Assembly: GCA_012295275.1 (NCBI GenBank)
Contig: CM022670.1
Coordinates: 20,398,001 to 20,462,000, forward strand
Length of the DNA: 64,000 nt
Reading direction: 5' to 3'
Source of the DNA: Chrysomallon squamiferum
Taxonomy: Eukaryota > Animalia > Mollusca
How positions within the stretch are numbered: position 1 is the first letter of the stretch; each line of letters begins with the position of its first letter. A model generated the notes under the pieces. The model searched no databases, had not been told where the DNA came from, and saw only the letters and a list, made by a program, of their open reading frames with translations. The position numbers were made by a program, and so were the translations under genes. Below are positions 55,388-64,000 of the stretch, piece after piece.

Positions 55388-55602
55388 TAATTATTATGCG
55401 ATAATTATTTTCTATAATTGTTACAATAAATTGTTTCCTGTTATTATTACATAATTTTCTATACTTATTATTTCCTATAATTATTATACAATTTATTTTC
55501 TGTAATTGTTATCATGAATTATTTCCCCTAATTATATTATTTTTTATAATTATTATGATATAATATTTGCTGTAATTATTACATGGATTGTTTTCTATAA
55601 TT
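55388..55602. repeat. AT-rich minisatellite, unit roughly 20-24 bp (attattttctataattattac)
   Basis: About 9 imperfect units. Confidence 0.65.
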
Positions 55603-56689
55603 AAGATGCATTTAACACGAATATATTATTTACTTTCTTAAACAATTTATATGTTGTGTTTTTTTGATCAATTGAAGATAGATACAAGAGTATTTACTGA
55701 TTTTATAAAATAAAAGTGTTGAGACAAAATAAAAGTAAAACAAAATAAGAGTACTGGGATGTTTTTATAGAAATATTTATTAATTCATTTATTGGGTATG
55801 AAATTTAGAATATCTAAACATTTTCCCATTAATGTTTTTTTTTTTTAATTTTATAAATTTGCCCATAAACAGAGCAGCATCTACCATAAATATTGATATT
55901 CCATTGATAAAATATTAATAACAATGATGTACAAAATTTAGGTTTTAACACTGTTTTGTTTATTATGCATATAATAAATTAAAATTTAACCATCCCTCAC
56001 CAAAAAATGGAATAAATAACAGAACAAAATATATAGACACACAATAAAAGTTAAAAAAAATAAAAATAATAATAACAAAATAAAATAAAAAAGGATTCAA
56101 ACAAAAGATCTCTCAAGATTATGCCAGTTTGGTTTCTTTCTGTTATTTTACATAATTGTTCTAATAACCATTTTTACACAGACAGGCTCTATTTTCATCA
56201 CAAGAAAATGTCAAGCAGATATTTTGACTTTTTTTGCCACAAATTCAAATATTTCGCATTTTCTCTTTTATAGCTATGTCAGAACCAGTCAAGATTCTTT
56301 CTGAAGCAAATTGAAAACTGTTGTTTATCTTGACATCTCATAAACCAGAATTTCTCTGTAAAGATGATGATTTATTGAAATGTAGATTATTAATTTAATT
56401 TACATGCTGAGAGTTATAAAAATGTACTGCCATAGTTATAGTATTAAAATAAATGCTTCATTAGTTTTTGTTACCAAATATAGATACGGTAATGTATTAG
56501 AAGTGTTTATATAGTTTCTTTAAGAGGAGAGTGAATTAGAAAATGTAATCAAACTGAATTTATAGTACTCAGAAATCTACTCTTGAAACAGTTGGACTGG
56601 AAGTGAATTGTAATAGTCTAAAAAATAAGAACAATTAATTATCCATAAATTCAGTGTTCTACATTTCATGTCTGAAAACAAAAATATCA

Positions 56690-56694
56690 ATAAT

Positions 56695-56738
<44 letters not shown>

Positions 56739-56833
56739 CAACAAAAACAACTATAATAAAGGTTATGAAAACAACATCAACAACATTAATAATAATAGCA
56801 ATAATAACAACAACAACATAACAATAATAATAA
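56690..56833. repeat. (AAT/AAC)n microsatellite
   Basis: Read directly. Confidence 0.9.
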
Positions 56834-57051
56834 AACCTAACTGCCATAAAAGAGGATATGAAATTTTACAAAATTATAGGATGACATAAATTCAACATGT
56901 ATTGATTCACTGCAATTATAAGGTAAGAACAGTGCAGAAGAAGACTCATACTGAACAAGTGAAAAAAAAAAAGGATAAAATATTTAGTGTTATGCACACA
57001 ACAAATTTTATTCTATATTTTAACTTATGATATACAATTCTGTACCTATAA

Positions 57052-57242
57052 TGAAAGAGAAGACCTGCAGAAATCTGGCTACTCATTTTAATTTAGCTGC
57101 AAGAGATTTTTTTTGTAATGTGATTTGGTAAGCATAGATTGTGGCCTTTGGTAGAGCACTGGCAGGAGCTGGATGTATTGCAACTGATGTATTAAAGAGG
57201 AATGATCCTGTGATAGATCATACCCCCTAAGCTCTGACCCCT
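57052..57242 (-). mobile_element. SINE family A fragment
   Basis: ggctactc...ttagctgcaagagattttt...ggcctttg...gagcactggcagga...gaatgatcct. Confidence 0.55.
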
Positions 57243-58364
57243 TCACTTTTTAATGTGCATATAAAACAAAATATTCTCTTTGATCCTGTAATTAGTCAGT
57301 TGTAAAACTGAGACAAACCTGATTTGTGTGTGAGAAAATCATATAAACAAATAAAGAATTATAATAAAAAATATACGAAAGATCACAAACATGCTGTCTG
57401 GGTGCTGATATATAATTCTTGAATGACACAAGAAAGATTATATTTTATTCATAAATACATTCATACATTCATGGTTTTCATGGCAGCAATTAGCCACATG
57501 CTCCATCAGTGACAAATGATAAAGCTTTAATCAATAGGGATAATAATGTAGACAGCATAACTGAATAAATTAATTCTCAAAAAAAAAAAAAATAATAATA
57601 ATAAAAAATAACCAAAAGCAAACCATAAGAAATTGAGGTGCCTTTTTAAAATGAACCAGTTTTGTGTTTTCTTTAATTTTGAAAGAAAGAAAATGAGACA
57701 GATATGGAGAGAGAGATATGAAGAAAGGATAGTATATATATATATATATATATGAGAGTCAGAAAGATAGGTATAGATGGAGAGAGAATGAGAGAGTGAA
57801 CTAGAATGTCTGGAACTGAAAGAGGAATGAAAAAGAGCAAATAAGAATGAGAGAGAAACAAGCAGAGAGAAGGAAAAAACAGATACTTGGAGGTGTGAGT
57901 GGGATAGAGATAAATGTAGAAAGATGACACACACACCCACACCTACCCACACAAACACACACACAAAGAAAACAATATATTTGTTAATGGTATTTTTCTT
58001 TAATTCAGATTTAAACAGAAATTTATAAATAATAAAGTAATCTCTGTGCTGTTTGTTGGTCATCTTGCTTGATAAATTTCTTTTTGCTTCGTTGTGGATA
58101 AACTAACATTTCTATAAATTCATTCATTGTAAACATCTTTTCAGTAACTCTGTACCTAGCAACATATTTATCAGTCACTGACCATAGCAAGGACAATGAC
58201 CAGTCAGCCCAGTCTACCTGAACTGAAATTAAATCTCAGCCATATACAAACAAAACAAAAACAGCTGAATTTTCAAAACCTTGACACTAAATATAAATAT
58301 GGTAATCACAAACTGATTTCACCATTTTCGTTAACATTTTTAGTGAAAATATACAAGATATATA

Positions 58365-58466
58365 TATATATGGAGCCTCTAGTCTGTTAATATTTTTGCA
58401 ACTGTATATATATATATATATACAATTGCAAAAATAAATATTAACAGACTAGGTGCTCCATATATA
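58365..58466. repeat. ~100-bp near-perfect palindrome centred on (TA)n
   Basis: Left arm tatatatggagcctctagtctgttaatatttttgcaactgta; right arm reverse complement tatatatggagcacctagtctgttaatatttatttttgcaattgta. Confidence 0.9.
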
Positions 58467-60233
58467 ACTTTAAGTATTATAATACAAGATACAAATTATA
58501 CAAACAACAGGAAATAAATAAAAAATATAACAAACAAAATAAAATATAAAATAATATGAAATTAAAATATTACAATCTTTGATGTAAAGCTTAAAATGTT
58601 TTGAAGCACTGATGTAGAGCATAATATAATCATTATAGCAAAGACAATTTTTAAAGTACTGTTGTAAAAAAAAAAAAAAATATATATATAAGTGCAGGTG
58701 ATCATATACCAGTAAAATTTAGAGTCAAACAGGCAGATGTTAATACTACATTACATGTTCAAGAAGTCATGCATGGAACTTAGGGAATATATATACTTCA
58801 AATGGTTGATTATTATTTTCATCTTACTGTGCACTTTTTTCTTTCTGCTTATTATTTATTCATTTTTTGAGATGGAATGAAACTTTTTAAATTTAGGATC
58901 AACATGAAGAAAAAAACAGGTGATTCACTTTGCAAATTAAACTTGCATTAAACAAATCAATTAAATAAATAATTTAAGTACACGATATGCTGTAGTTAAT
59001 ACACATGTTTAATGTAGTTACAGTTCAGACATGTCACGATACATAATCTGAGAATTTGCTGTTAACAGATTAATATTACAGTACTTATGCATGCTTTTCT
59101 GGACATAAAACATGACTCTCACATTAATACTTTGTTTGTTTAATCTGATTTCACTTAAGAAATATAATTATGAATAGTTATCATGGGGTTCAAGCACACT
59201 TTCTGGGCATAAACAAAGAATTTGTCCTTAATATTTATAAAGTTGACCCTGGGATAAAATAAGAGTTTGTAGAAATACAAATATAAAACATGCTGACATA
59301 CACCAACATTTTCAAGCATATATTTCATAAGAATAAACCAAAGACATATATTAATACATTTAATAATTTTATATGGATATTAACTGAAATTATTCCTGGG
59401 CATAAATCAAGATTAGTCCATTGACGTTAACTGTACAATTTTAGTGTTCCATTTAGTGTTCTATTTAGTGTTTAGGCAGAATTATTCCATTTATGTAAAA
59501 GTCAGTTTGTCTAACCTATTTAACATTTAAGACTGCTGTCTCAGGCATAACTGACAGTCAGATGTTTAATTTGTGTAGTCTATATTAGGCTCAAGTCTGC
59601 TGTCCTGGGCTTAAAGTGTCAGCCATCCATTAAAGACATTACTACAGTTGTTTAATTTGTGTTATATATATTGGTAGATGGGGGCTGGATAGAAAGACAC
59701 TGTGAGTGAATAGACAAGACAGTGGGAATAAATATATGGAGAAAAAAATAGAAGGCTGATAGAACAGATAGTCTTTAGTAGGGTATAAAAGAAACAAAAA
59801 TACTTTAGAATTAAGAGAATGGATAGACTCTAGTTAGAATTAAGAGAATGGTGTCAAAATTCGACTGTTTTCTTGCATTATTTGTACAAAATTCACTACA
59901 GTTTTTAATCAGAGAGCAAGAACTGTAATGGACACTTTGTTATTAAGCATTAGTCACAGCAAGCAATGGATTAAGGATGATAATGTTTGAGAAGGTGTGG
60001 ATTTCACAAATCTATTCGCATACGTTCTGGACTCAGATTAAGATGGCATTATTATAGTCACCTTGCTTATTACAATCAGCAAAAAAAGAAAATCTATTTA
60101 CAACTGAATAATTTGTTATGACAAAAAAAAAAAAAAAAAAGAATAAAGTAGATAATAATAATTTAAAAAGTAAAATTATCCACTTTTTAAATAAAACATT
60201 CACTGAATTATTAACACTACTCATACTTGAAAT

Positions 60234-60235
<2 letters not shown>

Positions 60236-60296
<61 letters not shown>
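60236..60296. repeat. (CT)n microsatellite
   Basis: Read directly. Confidence 0.95.
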
Positions 60297-60299
<3 letters not shown>

Positions 60300-61084
60300 C
60301 ATTTCAGAACAAACATACTAAAAATATCTGAAAAAATCTATCTTAAAATGTCAGCATTAAAGTTTCGTGTAAACATTTTCTGAGAAATAACAAATGTCAA
60401 ACGAGACATAAAAACAAAACAAAAAGAGCATATATTAAAATGAAATTTGTTTTACATCTATTATTTGATACTAATCTACTTTAAAGCTATTTTCATATGT
60501 TGATGTAATGCAGTATTTACCAAAGAAATAACTGTCTAACTGATTATTAATAATGATGCATAATGTAATAGCATGGTGATTATTTGATCTGACATTTCTC
60601 AGAGGAATGTGTAGAATTTGAAACAAATGAGTTATATTGATTCTAAAAACTAATTTATACTAGAACGTAACAGTACATGTGGATAAATATACTGATATAT
60701 GTGGATAAATATAATGGGACCTACAATTATATTTAGTATTGTAACATTATTCTTATTGTTTATGATTATATTTTCTTCTTCCTATTGTTATTTATATTTA
60801 TATTATTATTGTTCCTGTTCTTGTTCTTATTATTATCGTTAGCAGTAGAAGTGGTATTGGTTGTAGTAATAGTAGCTGATGTAATAATAATAATAATATT
60901 AGAGATAGTAATGCTATAAAGAATAAGAATAATAATAATATTAGAGATAGTAATGCTATAAAGAATAACAATAATAATATCACCATCACCAACAATAATA
61001 AATTGCATAAAAAAACACAAAACTGTTTGTTTTAAAAATCCCTCTGAATACTACACCCAGCACAATAAAAAATTATGATCTCAC

Positions 61085-61163
61085 CTCTAAAAGAAACTTT
61101 TGCCAGTCGCTCGGTCTTTCCACGTAAATGTTCCACATATTTGAGATTGAGAAGTAAAGCCAT
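61085..61163 (-). CDS. OTOF: Otoferlin-like coding exon 1 (79 nt): MALLLNLKYVEHLRGKTERLAKVSFR(G), start of C2A
   Basis: ATG in context aatATGG at 61163-61161; donor AGAG|gtgaga, phase 1; matches the otoferlin N-terminus MALL..LK.V..LRG...R.AKV.FRG. Confidence 0.93.
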
Positions 61164-61440
61164 ATTGAGAAGAACACTTAGTTCAACTTGCTCGGTGTTT
61201 CATCTGTCTCTCTCTCTTTCTCCCAGCTCAGTCTGTTTGTGAATTGTGTGTGGGCTGGACCATGAACACTGTGAACACACAACAACATTACAACAAGCAG
61301 ATAGATGATAATTATTACATTATTAATGCACCCAGTACTCAGCCTCGGAGACTTGTATCTACATGCAGCACTGTACAACTTTTACTTCCACTCTGCATTC
61401 ACTCAGTGAACATGGTTATTGATTTTTCACCCTCCTAACA
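61164..61440 (-). promoter_or_regulatory. Probable 5'UTR / proximal promoter of the otoferlin-like gene
   Basis: Directly upstream of the ATG; GC-richer than its flanks, retains some CpG, contains short upstream ATG-ORFs. The TSS cannot be determined from sequence. Confidence 0.45.
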
Positions 61441-64000
61441 CAAAGGCTTTATGTATTATCCCTTGAAGCTTTTTTATATTTATATACATTTGTTTAGCTT
61501 ATTTTAAAAAAATAAAAATAAAAAAATAAAAAACTTAAAAAATATATAAATATATATATATTTTTTAAATTATAATGTTTTGCTGGTAATAACACAACTG
61601 TTGTAAAGCTGACTTACATTTATATATATATATATTTGTTTTTTTGTTTTCTTCTGGTTTCTCATTAAGTCATTGACTTAACTCCCTGCAGTGACTAGAA
61701 GCGATACACAGATACAGTGGTCTGGCTCAGTGGCTGGATGGAAAACAACACATTACTTTACACAACTGGATTAAATAAAGGGCCCAAGCTGATCATAAAA
61801 GCTCAGTGGCAGAGTCTAGGGGAGTAGGCCAGCATGGTGATTGGAGTGAGAAAAAACAAATAGCTCATGTTTAAGAAGTGGAACTAAATTTTCCTCTTTG
61901 CAGACCAATTAAAGAGTAGCCAAAACAAGCCAGGGGCAGGTCCAGAACAAATAAAAGTGGTTTTATGATGTTATGACAGGGTGTTATGAAAGAATATAAA
62001 ATAAAGAAATAATAATAATAACAATAATAACAATAATTACAATAATAATAATAATAATAATAATAACAATAATATTAATGATGATGATGATGATAATAAT
62101 ATTACATATATAAAAAATGATGATGATGATGATAATGATAATAATAAAACAACAATAATGATATAACAATTGAAAAATATTTTCAGGTTACTTTACTTCA
62201 ATTTTTTTTTTTTTTTAACATATAAAATAAAACCTTATAATTATGATACTCATGATGTTAATTGTGGGGATTGTGGTTTACAAGCAGTCATAGAGATACA
62301 TACACAGTATACATATCTCCATCTATCTGTCTATCTGTTGACATCCATCCTTCTATCCATCTATGTAAATACATACAATAAACATATTTTGAATATTCAT
62401 AAACTATTTAAATTAAACTAAAGAATTTAACACATGGTAAAGCAGCAGCCAAGAGCCAGGTCTAGTATTGTTCTAGAAGTAAATAAATGTTCATAATTTG
62501 AAATCATTGAATGTTTTGTACTAGGATTAATTTTTAATGAAAAACTTATGTTCACCACATAAGCTGAAGGGAAAGATCCACACACAGAAAAAGGTGGTTC
62601 TTTTTTGATCCAGTATAAATGAAAATGTTTATCACCAAACAATTTAATTTAATGTACAGAATAATTAAATGACAAATTATGTTAGTAGCATATGGTCTAA
62701 ACCAGAATGAGAAAATAGTAAGAAGACTGAGATGCAAAGCATTCAAGCATAAAATATGTAATGAATTCACATATATACTTATCTGTAACACATACACTCA
62801 TACACATACATATAAATGCACATATACATAAACATATCCATAATTCATGTAAATAAGTAAATATATAAATGCAGATGTACCTACCTACTTACCTTCATCC
62901 ATAAATACATAATACATACATACACACACACATATAAAAATATATGGATGTAAATATAAAAACCAAAATTAAAAGACGAAAAGCCACATCTCAAAAAACT
63001 ATAAAATAAAAAAAAATAAAAGTATAAAAAAAAAAACAAAAAAAAAAACAACAACAACCAAAAAACCAAATATATGAATTTTTTATCATTCAAACTCTTC
63101 AAAGTTGAAAAATAAACTTTAATGTAAAACAAAGACAAAATGCATCAGTATTGTTGAAATTTAAACTTTAACCATTCAGTTTGTATTTTCTTTTTTATTT
63201 GGACTCTCCATCTTTTTTTTGGTTGCTAATGACATAAGCTTGAAGGCACCATCTGCACTTCACTGCAGCTTTCTCTGGTTTTAGCACTGAAACTGCAAAA
63301 TCTAATCAGACCATCTAATGGCTATCGTACATTCTACTTAATGGGGGAAAAAAGCCCCACAAAATGAATAAGAAAAAGTAAGGAAATAAAATAACAAGAA
63401 ACCCCTCTCCAGGCATGTTCACATTTGGTTTGTTTGGGTTAAATTAATTAATTATTAAATAAAGATTAGAGTAGACTGTATTTCACAGGTTCAGTACTCA
63501 TGAGAACCATCAGTGTTTCATTGCAAAGAAAGACATTTGACAAGTATAGAAAATAGTGACTGGTCTATAAAAAGCAGTCATTTGGAAGGTGTACTTCTTA
63601 AGATCATCAGTTTTTCGTTCTTAAGAAACACATTGTTTTCAAGCATGAAGGAAAAATTAGGATTATTTTTTCATTATGGCTAGTGCTCAGTGTCTGGTGA
63701 TGTTTTTTATAAGCTGTTTGTAGAAGATTCCTTGAATCTGATCAGATACAGCAGCACTTAAAAAGTCAGCTTCAGGTTTTATCTTTCAGATTATTATTGT
63801 AAAAACCAATACAAAAAAAAACAAAAAACAACATATAGCCATATTATTTGATCAAGCATTAGAAACAGTAAATACAGCAGATAACTTATATATAAGTTCA
63901 GTTTTGATGTACTAAGTATTTTTATGAACTGAAATGTAATTTACAGTATTTGTGGCATAGAACATGCTACTTAATACAAATTTTGTCACAGTTAAAAGAA

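Larger units (their letters stand above)
1..61163 (-). other. OTOF: Span of an otoferlin-like ferlin gene (5' part, start codon to within intron 7; runs off the window at position 1)
   Basis: Seven GT-AG exons join into one open frame: MALLLNLKYVEHLRGKTERLAKVSFRGVSHYTKIVENVDDTVWFDESFEWPVARPIESEEVIDILLYNYNKYLSNRLVGTFRMILQELIEVGNVKISDCLLDANNVVMKTTVSFELTYNAPDGSVGMW... This aligns without gaps to the vertebrate otoferlin N-terminus as I recall it ([27 protein letters not shown]...WPVA...LIGTFRMVLQ...DGTVGSW), with about half the residues identical by eye. Introns: 42027, 395, 10506, 1113, 1595, 132 and >4580 nt. Confidence 0.93.

Noticed and set aside
62887-62900. Strong minus-strand donor GAAG|gtaagt upstream of the gene
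   Set aside because: The sequence upstream of it is low-complexity TG/TA and T-rich; a non-coding exon cannot be supported without transcript data.
139-63138. Most ORF-track entries (poly-HT, CV, N, Y, L, I, ER, SL peptides)
   Set aside because: They are translations of microsatellites or low-complexity AT-rich DNA, many start at non-ATG codons, and they show no protein-family features.

Overview
AT-rich, CpG-depleted animal genomic DNA; the SINE content suggests a lophotrochozoan, probably a gastropod mollusc (inference). Almost the whole window is the 5' end of one minus-strand spliced gene, an otoferlin-like ferlin. Seven coding exons were reconstructed by hand, all with canonical GT-AG boundaries and matching phases: 61085-61163, 18999-19057, 18515-18603, 7909-8008, 6545-6795, 4840-4949, 4581-4707. 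Together they give 815 nt (271 codons + 2 nt), encoding the complete C2A domain and most of the C2A-C2B linker; the gene continues beyond position 1. Intron 1 is about 42 kb. The introns hold many decayed copies of a tRNA-derived SINE, a second dispersed repeat, a FLYWCH/MULE transposon relic, minisatellites, microsatellites and two long palindromes. The best leads are candidate alternative first exons in intron 7 (a C2A-less isoform), frame-preserving cassette or micro-exons in intron 5, uORFs before the start codon, and intronic RNA-pairing elements. These are all predictions that need RNA evidence. I found no prokaryotic features or CRISPR array, and I cannot support a wholly new system.
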